Of a stretch of 64,000 bases of DNA, positions 11,103 through 24,111 are shown piece after piece. The stretch covers positions 30,504,001-30,568,000 of the forward strand of contig CM075982.1 in assembly GCA_038087875.1 (NCBI GenBank), written 5' to 3'. The position numbers were made by a program, and so were the translations under genes. How positions within the stretch are numbered: the stretch's first letter is position 1; every line of letters starts with the position of its first letter. The notes below the pieces were generated by a model. That model was not told the DNA's origin and did no database searches. It saw only the letters and a list, made by a program, of their open reading frames with translations. This DNA comes from Malacoraja senta (Eukaryota).

Positions 11103-11459
11103 CAGATCCACCCCCGATCTTCTGGCAAGTGGTGGTCCAGCACCTCCTTTAACCCGGACAAAATCACAAGAGCGCACTTGAAAATCACCCCCGGAAATCC
11201 CCCTGAACACGTGGACCCCAGTCCGGGAGAGGCGGCCGATCCCGATCTCATCGGGGGGCTTCCGCGGCCGATCGCCGGGTCAGATTTGCTCTCTGCGGCC
11301 GGGGCTCTGGAACTCCTGCCCGGCCGGAGCCGGCAGATCCGTTCCCATGACCGACTTCCGAGGCCGACTTTGCGGGCCGTGACCTCTGACGGTCCGGCAA
11401 AACGGATAATACGGCAAGGCTCTGGAACCGAGGGTGCCGGAGAATCGGCGGTGGTCCTG
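11103..11459. mobile_element. Tc1/mariner (pogo/Tigger-like) MITE
   Basis: TA|CAG...CTG|TA with imperfect ~25-bp TIRs; related right end at about 57520-57590; twin at 24475-24831. Confidence 0.65.
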
Positions 11460-11811
11460 TATTGTTGGAAAAGGGGGTTTGTAAATCATTCCTCCGCTAT
11501 TCCCTGCTGAGGTAAAAAAAATATCACGGCATTTCTAAATGGGTAAATGATATTAGGTTTTAGTGCTATGTTTATTATCGTCACTTGTACCACAGTGACA
11601 AGCTTGGTATTGCATGCTACCCAAACTGATCAGATAATACTATGCATAACACACCAGGATCTTGATCGGTTGGGTAGGCGAGCTGAGGATTGGTTAATGG
11701 AGTTTGATGCAGATAAGTGCGAGGTGGTGCGTTTTGGAAAGTCTAACCAGGGCAAGACCTATACCGTGAATGGCAGGGCTCTGGGGAGTGTTGTAGATCA
11801 CAGGGATCTAA

Positions 11812-12038
11812 AGGGCCTGTCCCACTTTCACGACCTAATTCACGACCTCTGCCGAGTTTGTCCTTGACTCATACTCACAGCATGGTCGTCACAAGGTCGT
11901 AGGTAGGTCGTAGCAGGCCGTGATGCTAGTCGTAGGTACTCGTGGCATCAAGTAGGTCGAGGCGTTTTTTCAACATGATGAAAAATGTCCACGAGTAAAA
12001 AAGGTCGTGAATTAGGTCGTGAAAGTGGGACAGGCCCT
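11812..12038. mobile_element. PIF/Harbinger MITE (type A) inserted into a CR1 fragment
   Basis: TIR agggcctgtcccactttcacgacct; TAA TSD at 11809-11811 and 12039-12041. Confidence 0.85.
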
Positions 12039-12144
12039 TAAGAGTGCAGGTAAGATGTGTCGAACGGAATTGCCGATGCTGGTTTACATCAAAGAGAGAC
12101 ACTAAAGCTGGAGTAACTCAGCGAGTCAGGAAGCATCTCTGGCT

Positions 12145-12630
12145 TGGGGCCTACACGATCTCCCGGTTGCCCAACACTTTAACTCCCCTTCCCATTCCCA
12201 CACTGACCTTTCTGTCCGGGGCCTCCTCCACTGTCAGAGTGGGGCCACACACACAAAATGGAGGAACAGCGCCTCATATTTCGCTTGGGCAGCTTACACC
12301 CCAGCGGTATGAACATTGATATCTCTAATTTCAAGTAACCCCTGTACTCCCTCTCTCTCTCCACCCCTCCCCCACCCTAGCCATCCTGCTAGTTCCACTG
12401 TTCGCTTCCCTGCATCCCTTCGTTATCACTTCTTCCACAGCCAACCATGGACCATCAGTGCCGGCTCTGATTTGTTCTGTACCTTTTCATACCTCTTCTT
12501 TTCCCCTCCCCTGACTCTCAGTCCCGAAACGTCACCTAGTCCTTTTTTTCCAGAGATGCTGCCTGTCCCGCTGAGTTACTCCAGCACGTTGAGTCTGTCA
12601 TTGGTGTAAACCAGCATCTGCAGTTCCTTC
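12145..12630 (+). mobile_element. Penelope-like element 3' fragment (GIY-YIG C-terminus and pLTR)
   Basis: DLPVAQHFNSPSHSHTDLSV.GLLHCQ...EEQRLIFRLGSLHPSGMNIDISNFK* (frameshifted), followed by the pLTR repeat. Confidence 0.8.
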
Positions 12631-13336
12631 CTACACATCCTCACATCATTGAACACACATCTCTGGCTCCCTATTATCTGATCCACTGTGCTGCCTGCTA
12701 TCTTTTCCCACAAGACCCGCTGACTTACTCCAGCTTTTGTGTCTCTCTTTGCACTCTTAGATCCCTTTGATCTACAGTTCTGGTCACCCCAAGACAGGAA
12801 GGATGTGGAGGAGTGTATAAGATCATAAGAGGAATAGATAGGGTCTTTACCTAGAGAAGAGGAACCAAAAACCAGAGGACATGGGTTAAATGTGAAAGGG
12901 GGGGGGGGGGATTTAATAGGAGCGTGAGGGGCATTTTTTTAATACACAAAGGGCATATGTATATGAAACAAGCTGTCGGAGGAGGTAGTTGAGGCACGTA
13001 CTATCACAATGTTCTAAAAACATTTAGACAGGCACATGGATAGGATAGGTTTAGAGGGATATGGGCCAAACGCAGGCAGTTGAATACTGTACAGGTTATA
13101 TGGGGCATGTTGGTCGGCATGGGCATGTTGGGCCAAAGGGCCCGTTTCCATGCTGTATATCTCTAAATACAATCAGGTCAAACTTAAATACAACAGGTAG
13201 AGCAAAGGGGATAAGCACAGAGTGAGTGCATCATATACAGTAGTTCTCAGCATTGGAGTGCACCAGTTCCACAGACAAAGTCTAATGTCTGCAATGGGGT
13301 GGAGGTGAGTCGGTTAGTGAAGTTTAGTGAAGTTAA

Positions 13337-13565
13337 AGGGCCTGTCCCACTTTCACGACCTAATTCACGACCTTTTTTACTCGTGGACATTTTTCATCAG
13401 GCTAGAAAGACGCCCTGACCTACTTGATGCCATGAGTACCTACGGCTAGCATCACGACCTACCTACAACCTACCTATGACCTCGTGACGACCATGCTGCG
13501 AGTATGAGTCATGGGCAAACTCGGCAGAGGTCGTGAATTAGGTCGTGAAAGTGGGACAGGCCCCT
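13337..13565. mobile_element. PIF/Harbinger MITE (type A), inverted relative to 11812-12038
   Basis: Same TIRs; internal segments in reverse order; TAA on the left. Confidence 0.85.
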
Positions 13566-13569
13566 TAGT

Positions 13570-14030
13570 TTATTGTCACGTGTACCAAGGTACAGTGAAA
13601 AGCTTTTGTTGCGCGCTAACCAGTCAGCGGAAAGACAATACATGTTTACCATTGATCCATGTACAGTGTATAAGATACACAATAACGTTAAGTGCAAGAT
13701 AAAGCCAGCAAAATCTGAGGGTCACCAAAGAGGTAGACAGTAGTTCAGCACTGCTCTCTGGTTGTTTGTAGGATGGTTCAGTTGCCTGATAACAGCTGGG
13801 AAGAAACTGTCCCTGAATCTGGAGGTGTGCGTTTTCACACTTCTGTACCTCTTGCCTGATGGGAGAGGGGAGAAGAGGAAGTGACCGGGGTGAGACTGGT
13901 CCTTGATTATGCTGCTGGCCTTGCCGAGGCAGCGTGAGGTGTAGATGGAGTCAATAGCAGGGAGGTTGGTTTGTGTGATGGTCGGGGCTGCGTCCACAAT
14001 TCGCTGCCATTTCTTGGATGGAGCTGTTTC
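13570..14030 (-). mobile_element. Rex1/Babar LINE 3' fragment
   Basis: ORF 13722..14072: QRIVDAA...SRCLGKASSIIKDQSHPGHFLFSPLPSGKRYRS...RFRDSFFP. Confidence 0.85.
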
Positions 14031-15763
14031 CAAACCGGCTCGTAACGCTAACGGCAGGTACTCGGGAAACACGGTAAGCTCGGGAAGACTCGGGAAGATT
14101 TTTCAACATGTTGAAAAATGTCCACGAGAGCCCCGAGTACCGACGAGCGGCCATTACCGTAAATCTCCGAGTTCGAATCAGGGCAAACTCGGTAGAACTC
14201 TTGGATGAACTCGTACAGTGGGACAGGGCTAAGGCTGGACTGGGCTCATTTCGGTTCTGCATAAAAGTTTGGCATCAGCATTCTTAGGCAATACAATTTG
14301 TCAAAAAAAGACTGGGGACAAAGGGCGGCACAGCGGTAGAGTTGCTGCCTCACGGCGCCAGAAACCCGGGTTCGATCCTGACTATGGGTGGCATCTGTAC
14401 GGAGTTTGTACGTTCTCCCCGTGACCTGCATGGGTTTTCTCTGGGATCTCCAGTTTCCCCCCACGCTCTAAAGATGTAAAAGTTTGAAGGCAAATTGTAA
14501 GTTGTCCCTAGTGTGTGTAGGATTGTTCTAGTGTGAGGGGATCGCTGGTCGGTAAGGTCACGGCCAATGGACCTGTTTCCGTGCTGTATCTCTAAACTAA
14601 AACTAAAATAACATCAACTTTTGGTTTCAATAGTAAATCACAACTACATTGGCAGCGACATAACCGTGGTGACCTCGTCCACCGCTGCTCCACCGCTGTA
14701 GGCAGCGTGCGCTCCACGTGCCTGGCCTCTTGGAGCGGTCCCCGGTCCAGCCGAGCCCCAGGCTGCTGCATGGCCTCCAGCGGCCACTCCCCCGTCTAGG
14801 CCCTGCACTCCCACCCGCAGCCGGTCTGAACACCGGCCCTCCAGGTGGGTCCCGTGGACCCTCGATCCGTCGCGGTCCGCTGAGACTTTGTGTCCTCCGG
14901 GCAGGCACCATGGCATGGCACCTCGGCAAGGCCTCTGCCGCGCGGTGACTTTGGAGAGGGTGCAGATGGGCTATACCAGAACGCTGCCTGGATTCGTGGG
15001 TATTAGCCACAGGGAGAGGTTGGACAGACGTGGATTGTGTCGTCTGCAACACTGTGGTGTCATCTGCAACACTGTGATTGCGGGGAGACCTGATAGAAGT
15101 AGAGTGTGTCAAATTACGAGTAGATGGGGTAGACAGTCACAGTCTTTATCCCAGGATGGGAAAATCTAATACGAGAGGTCATAGCTTCAAGGTGAGAGGG
15201 GCAAAGTTTAAAGGAGATGTGTTGTACTGTGAGTGGTGGGTGCCTGGAACACGTTGCCAGGGCTGGTGATGGAGGCATTTACAATAGTGGTGTTCAAGAG
15301 GTCTTTGGATAGACACACGAATGTGCAGGGAGTGGAGGGAGATGCATCTTGGGGCAGCCATGGTGGCGCAGCGGTAGAGTTGCTGCCTTCCAGCGCTTGC
15401 AGCACGGAGACCCAGGTTCGAAACCCGACTACGGGTGCTGTCTGGACGGAGTTTGTACGTTCTCCCCTTGACCTGCGTGGGTTTTCTCCGAGATCTTCGG
15501 TTTCCTCCCACACTCCAAAGACGTACAGGTTTGTCGGTTACTTAGCTTGGTATAAATGTAAAAATTGTCCCTAGTGGGTGTAGGATAGTATTAATGTGCG
15601 GGGATCGCTGGTCGGCGTGGACCCGGTGGGCCGAATGGCCTGTTTTCGAGCTGTATCTGTAAACTAAACTGAAAGTGCAGGCAGAGGAGATTAGTTTACC
15701 TTGGCAGGGATTGTGGGCCGAAGGGCCCTTTCCTGGGCTGTACTGCTCAAAGTTCAATGTTCT

Positions 15764-15963
15764 NNNNNNNNNNNNNNNNNNNNNNNNNNNNNNNNNNNNN
15801 NNNNNNNNNNNNNNNNNNNNNNNNNNNNNNNNNNNNNNNNNNNNNNNNNNNNNNNNNNNNNNNNNNNNNNNNNNNNNNNNNNNNNNNNNNNNNNNNNNNN
15901 NNNNNNNNNNNNNNNNNNNNNNNNNNNNNNNNNNNNNNNNNNNNNNNNNNNNNNNNNNNNNNN
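15764..15963. other. Assembly gap (200 N)
   Basis: Run of 200 n; a round length suggests a placeholder size. Confidence 1.
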
Positions 15964-16438
15964 ATGCCATCCCAATTGTTGATTGGTGGCTAGTGCAGAC
16001 TTGGTGGGCCGAAGGGCCTGTGTCGGTGCATCTCTCTATGACTCCATGGCTAAAGCTGCTGCCTCAAAGTCGGAAGGTTGTAGGTTCAGATTCATTTCAA
16101 GACTTCCTCATCGTCAGTAAGAATCCTCATTAAACGCCTATTGGGTGGAACTTTAAATGGAGGCTCCACTTTCCATTTCCTGGGTGGGGAGGGGGGTCGA
16201 GTGGATGTGATGTACCAATGAGTGGGTCTGGTGTCCTGGTCAATATTCCTCCCCCAGCAAACAAATAACTGGGTGATTTGCCGCAATGGGTCCATGTGGG
16301 TTGCCGGTGTGTCCAATCTCCACCGCATTTGCCAACAGCCACTAGTTTTGAAGAGGTTCATTGGCGAGAAGGCACAAGCATGTTCCAAGGACACAAAGGG
16401 TTTCTGCTGCATCCTGCCTGAAGTGCTCTTCCCTGGGC

Positions 16439-16453
16439 TCAGTACGGCTTCTT
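16439..16453 (-). CDS. TAPBPL: Tapasin-like exon 8 (KKPY-stop)
   Basis: Strong polypyrimidine acceptor; AAG AAG CCG TAC TGA gives a C-terminal KKxx motif. Confidence 0.75.
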   Translation of the reverse strand, partial: KKPY

Positions 16454-17431
16454 CTGCAGGGGAGAGAAAGGAAACGTGAGTGGAAAATCCGCGCCGTGGA
16501 CCGTAACCCGCCTCGCCCGCCGCGGATCGAGGGCCCACGGGAACCCACCTGGAGGGCCGGCGAGCAGACCAGCTGCGGGAGGGCGTGCACGGCCTAGATG
16601 GGGGAGTGGCCGCTGGAGGCCCTGCAGCATCCTGGGGCTCGGCTGGACCGGGTGCTGCTCCAAGAGGCCTACAGCAGTGGAGCAGCGGCGGAGGCTGACC
16701 CTGCAACGTTGCTTGGTTTTTTGCTCCGACATGCACTGTCAACTGTGGGACCTTATGTGTGCCTTTCCAAATCATGTCCAATCAATTTAATTTACCACTG
16801 GTGGACTCCAATCAAGTTGTAGAAACATCTCAAGGATAATCAATGGAAACAGGATGAACCTAAGCTCAATTTTGAGTGTCATAGCAAAGGGTCTGAATAC
16901 TTATGTAAATGTGATATTTCAGTTATTTCTTTTTAATTACTTTGCAAAACTTTATAAACACCTGTTTTCACTTCTTCATTCTGGGGTATTGTGTGTAGAT
17001 TGATGATTTAAAAAAATGAATTTAATCCATTTTAAAATAAGGCTGTAATGTAACAAAATGTGGTAAAAGTGAAGGGGTCTGAATACTTTCTGAATACACT
17101 GTAACTTTAGAAAGGAGATGAGGAGGAATTTCTTTGGTCAGATGGTGGTCAATCTGTGGAATTCATTGCCACAGACAGCTGTGGAGGCCAAGTCATTGGA
17201 TATTTATAAGGCGAAGATTGCAAGATGCTTGATTAGTACGGGTGTGAGGAGTTATAGGGAGAGGCCAAGAGAATGGAGTTGAGGGAAAGACAGATCAGCC
17301 ATGATTGAATGGGGGAGTAGACGAGATTGGTCAAATGGCCTACTTCTGCTCCAGTGACTTCGAAACTTACCATGTTTGTACTGTTTTCCTGCATGAATAA
17401 ATGTAGTATTCAAACACAATATTTCTCTTAC

Positions 17432-17448
17432 CTTGTTCTTGTCCATAA
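17432..17448 (-). CDS. TAPBPL: Tapasin-like exon 7 (17-nt micro-exon)
   Basis: gcag|TTATGGACAAGAACAAG|gtaaga. Confidence 0.75.
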
Positions 17449-18372
17449 CTGCAAAGCAAAGGATACAGCGTCATTACAACTTATGTCAGCACCACCACAT
17501 CACTGATACATCATCATTGCTAGCATCGTTCAAAACACTTTTTCAAAATGGATAAACTACATAGCAAAATTCACACGGCTATGAGCACAAACTCTTTCCT
17601 TGCTCTCCACTGAAGCTACAGGAATGGAAACACATTAGTTATGAATAGTTTAGTTTAGTTTAGTTTAGAGATACAACCGTGGAAACAGGCCCTTCGGCCC
17701 ACCGAGTCCGTGCCGACCAGCGATCCCTGCACCCTAACACTATCCTCTTCACTAGGCACAATCTTCACTGAAGCCAATTAACCAACAAACCTGTACGTCC
17801 TGGAGTGTGGGAGGAAACTGGAGCACCCGGAGAAAACCCACGCGGGCACAGGGAGGATGTACAAACTCCGTACAGACGGCGCCTGTAGTCAGGATCGAAC
17901 CCGGGGCTCTGTCGCTGTAAGGCCGCAACTCTACCGCTGCGCCACCGTGCCGCCCCAATAGACATCAGGTGACGTCATCTTCTGCAGAACAAACCCCAAA
18001 CTATACGTCAACAAAGGGCGGCACGGTGGAGCAGCGGTCGAGTTGCTGCCTGACAGCGCCAGAGACCCGGGTTCGACCCTGTCTACGGGTGCTGTCTGTG
18101 TGGAGTTCGCGTGTTCTCCCCGTGACCATGTGTGTTTTCTCCAGTTTCCTCCCACACTCCAAAGATGTGGATGTTTGTAGACAAATTGGCTTCTGTAAAT
18201 TGTCCCTAATGTGTAGGATAGAACTAGTGTACGGGGTGATCACTGCTCTGCACGGACTCGGTGGGCTGAAGGGCCTGATTCCACGCGGTCTCCCTAGTCT
18301 AAAGTAATCCTCGAGAGATGGGATCACCTCCCAATCATTAATAACATGTAAAATAAAACAGAAAGCACTCAC

Positions 18373-18465
18373 CTTTATTCAAGTGAATTAGTAGGATGAT
18401 CACAATAGCGCAGAAGAATAGAGTCAATATTAAAATTGAGATATAAAATAATATCTGAGGTCGTG
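18373..18465 (-). CDS. TAPBPL: Tapasin-like exon 6 (transmembrane)
   Basis: 93 nt, phase 1-1, hydrophobic run ILFYISILILTLFFCAIVIILLI. Confidence 0.87.
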
Positions 18466-19924
18466 CTGTGGAAAAAAAAATATATTGAGCATTACTGCTT
18501 TGAGACTTAGGACAGGAAGAAGAACTTCAGGCCATGCTGGACATGATGACATTAAACTCATCTCCCCTGGCTGCACATATTGGCCAAGTATTCACATACA
18601 AGGAATTTACCTTGGTGCTCCGCCCACAAGTAACAACATGACATACAGTGACAGTTACGAATGACTCAGAAAACACTAAACATTAATAATAATAAAACAT
18701 TAATGATAAAACACCATTGATCATGTGAACCAACAAAATACCAGATCAAAGGGAGGCTACAGATTTTTGGCTGTTGAGTAGAGCAACTACTCGTGGATAA
18801 AAACTGTTTTTATGTCTGGCTGTGGCAGCTTTGACAGTCCGGAGTCGCCTTCTAGAGGGAAGTGATTCAAAGAGTTTGTGGCCAGGGTGAGAGGGGTCAG
18901 AGATGATCTTGCCCGCTCGCTTCCTGGCCCCTGCAGTGTACAGTTCATCAACGTGACCCAAATCCCTCCATTCCCTGCACATCCATGTGCCCCTCTTAAA
19001 TGCCACCATTGCATCTGCTTCCACCACCACCCCTGGCAGCACATTCCAGACACCCACAGCCCTCTGTGTAAACAAACATGCCCAGCACAACTCCATTAAA
19101 CTTTCCCCTTCTCACCTGAAAGGTATGGCGTCTATCGTTGGACATTCCCTTCATAGACTGTCTACTCAATCTACACCCCTCATGATGTTATATACCTCTA
19201 TCTGGTCTCCCCTCAACCTCCGAAGCTCTAGAAAAAATAACCCCCCCTAATCCAGGCATCACTCTGGTAAACCCCTTCTGCACCCTCTCCGAAAACTCCA
19301 CATCCTTCCTGGAATAGGGTGACACTTCATTGCGTAGACTGGAAACAAGGGCGGCACGGTGGTGCAGCGGTAGAGTTGCTGCCTTACAGTACCAGAGACC
19401 CGGGTTCGATCCTGACTACGGGTGCTGTCTGTGTGGAGTGTGCACGTTCTCCCTGTGACCGTGTGGATTTCCTTTGGATGCTCTGGTTTCCTCCCACTTC
19501 CCAAAGACGTGCGGCTTTGTAGGTTGTCGACACAAGGAACTGCGGATGATGGTTTACCTCGGCCCACCTGGACAACCCCGACCATCGATCATCCGTTCAC
19601 GCTAGTTCCATGTTATCCCACTTTCTCGTTCACTCCCCACACACTAGGGGGACAGCTTAAAGAACAATTAACCTACAAACCCGCACGCCTTTGGGATGTG
19701 GGTGGGAAACCGGAGCACCCGGAGGTAACGCACGTGGCAATAGAGAGAGCGAGCAAACAGTACACGGACAGCACTGGAGGTCAGGATCGAACCCAGATCT
19801 CTGGCGCCGTGAGGCAGCAGCTCTACCGCTGCCTCACGGCTTGATGGTGGATGGTGATGGATGGTGCGTGTGGGCCGAAGGGCCTGGCTCCATGCAGTAT
19901 TTAAAATGTATGCTCATTGTTTAC

Positions 19925-20251
19925 CTTGCACTTTTACACGGACGTAGCGTTTGATCGTCTTCTCCAAGCTGACGTGGTCGACATGACAAATGAACATTGC
20001 GCCGTTGTCCTTGAGGAGGGCGGTGAAGCGGAAGTAGCTGGTCACGTTGAAGGTGCCGTCCCTGTTCGTCTCGTGTGGGGAGAAGACGGTGTTGGGCAGG
20101 TAGTCGGGCAGGAGGTGCCCTCCGCCCTGCCGCCTCTGCCAGCGCACGGTCACGTCCAGCGGGTAGTACCGCTCCGCGCCGCACGCCAGCTTCTGCTCGT
20201 CGCCCTCCCTCAACGAGAGCGAGCTGTGGCTCAGGGACACTGTGGGCGCCT
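19925..20251 (-). CDS. TAPBPL: Tapasin-like exon 5 (IgC1)
   Basis: 327 nt, phase 1-1; YYPLDV and CHVDH motifs; the only coding difference I found from the copy-1 exon is one synonymous His codon (19983 vs 6619). Confidence 0.92.
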
Positions 20252-23200
20252 CTGCACAGGGAGAGACAACACAATGCCGGAGTAACTCAACGGGACAGGC
20301 ACATCATCTCCGGAGAGAAGGAATGGGCGACGTTCCGGGTCGAGACCCGTCTTCAGACCGAGAGTCAGGGCAGAGGGAGACACAGAGATAAGGAGGTGTA
20401 AGGTGTGAAAACATGACATCAAAGGGGACGAGGGCCAAGGAAAATGTAGAATAAATCATTGTTAGAAACATAGAAACATAGAAAACAGGTGCAGGAGTAG
20501 GCCATTCGGCCCTTCGAGCCTGCACCGCCATTCAATATGGTCATGGCTGATCATCCAACTCAGTATCCCGTACCTGCCTTCTCTCCATATCCCCTGAACC
20601 CTTTAGCCACAAGGGCCACATCTAACTCCCTCTTAAATATAGCCAATGAACTGGCCTCAACTACCTTCTGTGGCAGAGAGTTCCACAGATTCACCACTCT
20701 CTGTGTGAAAAATGTTTTTCTCATCTCGGTCCTAAAAGACTTCCCCCTTATCCTTAAACTGTGACCCCTTGTCCTGGACTTCCCCAACATCGGGAACAAT
20801 CTTCCTGCATCTAGCCTGTCCAACCCCTTAAGAATTTTGTAAGTTTCTATAAGATCCCCCCTTAATCTTCCAAATTCTAGCGAGTACAAGCCGAGTCTAT
20901 CCAGTAGCTAGGAGAAGGTGACAACGAAGCATACAGAGATAGAATTTAATCAGGGCTAGACAAAAGTGCTGGAGAAACTCAGCAGGTGCGGCAGCATCTA
21001 TGGAGCGAAGGAAATAGGCAACGTTTTGGCCCGAAACGTTGCCTATTTCCTTCGCTCCATAGATGCTGCCGCACCCGCTGAGTTTCTCCAGCACTTTTGT
21101 TTACCTTCGATTTTCCAGCATCTGCAGTTCCTTCTTGAACATACTTAATCAGGGGGACAGTCAGACTGGTCGAACTAGAGAGGAGGAGGGATGGAGAGGG
21201 AAAGCAAGGGCACGTGGCGTTAGAGAAGTCAATCTTCATACCGCTGTGGTGTAAGCTGCCCAAGCGATATATGACATGCTGTCCCTCCACCTTTCCTCAC
21301 TCTGACAGTGGAGGAGGCCCCAACAATGATATATTCTACATTTTCAGGGGAGAGGGTGACACAGAGATATGGAAGGGTAAGGTGTGAAAACAAGATCAAA
21401 GGGGATGGTTTTGCCACAGTTTGATGAGCATTAGGCTGACGTTTATCATTGTAGGTTGGAATCCGACACATTTTATACGTTCAAAACATAGTCCTGACCT
21501 CATTGGAGACCCTCGGACTACATTTAAATGGACTTTACTGGCTTTACCTTGCACTAAACGTTATTCCCTTATCTTGTATCTATAGGCTGCTAATGGCTCG
21601 ATTGTAATCATGTATTGTCTTTCCGCTGACTGGATAGCATGCAACAAAAGCTTTCCACTGTGCCTCGGTACACGTGTCAATAAACTAAACGGCCTGTCCC
21701 ACTTGGCGATTTTTTTTCGCCGACGGCCGGCATCATATCAGTGTCGCCAAAAGATTTTGAACATTTCAAAATCCAGCGGCGACAAAAGAAATGTTGCGAC
21801 ACTTGAAAAAACACGTCATACGTCATCACGCCGCATATTTTTCGGTGATCTGATACGTCAGTCAATGATGCTGGCAGTCGCCGAAAAAAATCGGCATGTG
21901 GGACAGGCCCTTAAATTAAACTGAGCCTTTGTAAGTTCATATGTGCTGGGAGCAGAATGAGGCCATTCGGCCCATCAAGTCTACTCCCATTCAATCATGG
22001 CTGATCTATCTTTCCCTCTCAACCCCATTCTCCCTGCCTTCCTGACACCCGCACTAATCATTAATCTGTCCATCTCTGCCTTAAAAATATCCATTGACTT
22101 GGCCTCCACAGCCATCCGTGGCAATGAATTCCACCGATTCACCACCCTCTGACTAAAGAAATTCCTTCTCATCTCCTTTCTAAAGGTACGTCCGTTTATT
22201 CTGAGGCTCTGGCCCCAGACTCTCCCACTAGTGGAAACATCCTCTCCACATTCACTCCATACAGTCCTTTCGTGACAGCTTTTTAAACTTTTAAAACATA
22301 GAAACTTCATAGTTTTAAAACAGAAACTTTGTAGGTTTGAAACAGAGAAACGTTGTAGTTTTAAAACGTAGAAACATTGTAGTTTTAAGACATAGGTAGG
22401 TTTAAACCGTACACATTTTGTAGGATTAAAACTCACTCACATGATCCATATCCCTCCATTCTCTGCATATCTAGTTTGCTAATTTACTGTAACTAGCTAT
22501 AACCATGTGGGATTCAACCATGTTCGGTGAAGATTGAAGATGTTTTATCAATTATTTGCATTAATCTTAATTACAGAACTCTGCACTTCACCCCGGCACT
22601 GAACTAACACTTGCAGTACAGTCATTAATCCCACTCCGAAGGCTGACATAGAAACATAGAAAATAGGTGCTGTACCGGCAATTCAATATGATCATGGCTG
22701 ATCATCCAAAATCAGTACCCAGTTCCTGCTTTCTCCTCATATCCCTTCCTTGATTCAGTTAGCCCTAAGAGCTATATCTAACTCTCTCTTGAAAACATCC
22801 ATGGAGTTGGCCTCCACTGCCCTCTGTGGCAGAGAATTCCACAGATTCACAACTCTCTGGGTGAAGAAGTTTTCCCTCATCTCAGTCCTAAATGGCCTGC
22901 CCCTTATTCTTAAACTGTGACCCCTGGTTCTGGACTCCCCCAACATCAGGAACATTTTTCCTGCATCTAGCCTGTCCAACCCCTTAAGTATTTTATGTTT
23001 CTATAAGATACCCTCTTCATAAACAAAAGGAACTGCAGATGCTGGTTTACACTGAAGATAGACATAAAAAGCTGGAGTAACTCAGAGGGACAGGCAACAT
23101 CTCTGGAGAAAAGGAATATGTGACGTTTCGGGTCGAAAGTCTGAAGAAGGGTCACAACCCGAAACATCACCTATTACTTTTCTCCAGAGATGCTGCCTGT

Positions 23201-23772
23201 CCCACTGAGTTACTCCAGCTTTTTGTATCTATCTTTAAGGATAGGTGATATTATGGTTCGGGACCCTTCTTCAGAGATGGGACCCGTCTGAAGAAGGGTC
23301 TTGACCAAAAACATCGCCCATCCATGTTGTCCAGTGATGCTGCCTGACCCGCTGCGTTACTCCAGCTGAAGATTTCCGCCTGATTTTCTGCTAATGTCTC
23401 CACCACCCAAAAATATTAATCTAAGTTCAATACTCAAGGGTGGCACGGTGGCGCAGCGGTAGAGTTACTGCCTCACAGCGCCAGAGACCTGGGTTCGATC
23501 CTGACTACGGGTGCTGTCTGTACGGAGTTTGTACGTTCTCCCCGTAACCTGTGAGGGTTTTCTCCGAGATCTTCGGTTTCCTCCCACACTCCAAAGACGT
23601 GCAGGTTTGTAGGTTAATTGTCTTGGTATAAGAGTAAATTGTGCCTAGAGTGTGTAGGGCAGTGCTAGTATGCGGGGATTGCTGGTCGGCGTGGATTTAG
23701 TGGGCCGAATGGCCTGTTTCTGCACTGTATCCCTAAACTAAACTGGTTGTGTCATCAAAATTGGCAACTTAC

Positions 23773-24111
23773 CCCATATCTCCAGATTGATGGTGTGTGT
23801 TCCAAAGAGTGGAGGGACATACACCAAGCAGGTGTAGGATCCTTCACTGCGAATGTCGACATTTCTTATGCGGATGGATGCATTCCCGTCTCCGATCTGA
23901 TCCAAGAATGCCTCAACTCCCTTCTCGATCTGTTCGGTCTGCTGGTTCTTCCCATTGTAGATAAACAGTTTCTTCCTCACGCCTCGGTGCTGATACCTCC
24001 AGTCAATGTAAAAGTCCGTCCTGTGGTCAATCTTGAAGCCGCAGTCCAGAACGAGGTCTCGCTTCATTTTGCTTCTGACCAATGGAGTTCGTGTGCGGAT
24101 AACATAGTTCA
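23773..24111 (-). CDS. TAPBPL: Tapasin-like exon 4 (IgV)
   Basis: 339 nt, phase 1-1; two Ig cysteines and an N-glycosylation site (NAS). Confidence 0.92.

Larger units (their letters stand above)
2593..15763. repeat. Copy 1 of a 13.17-kb near-identical direct duplication
   Basis: Matches 15964-29133 at an offset of about 13.36-13.38 kb, with scattered SNPs and small indels; ends exactly at the N gap. Confidence 0.97.

Noticed and set aside
10401-17448. Two complete tandem tapasin-like genes
   Set aside because: Copy 1 has no exons 1-3 or promoter, exon 7 (phase 0) cannot join exon 4' (phase 1) in frame, and the geometry around the gap favours an assembly artefact.
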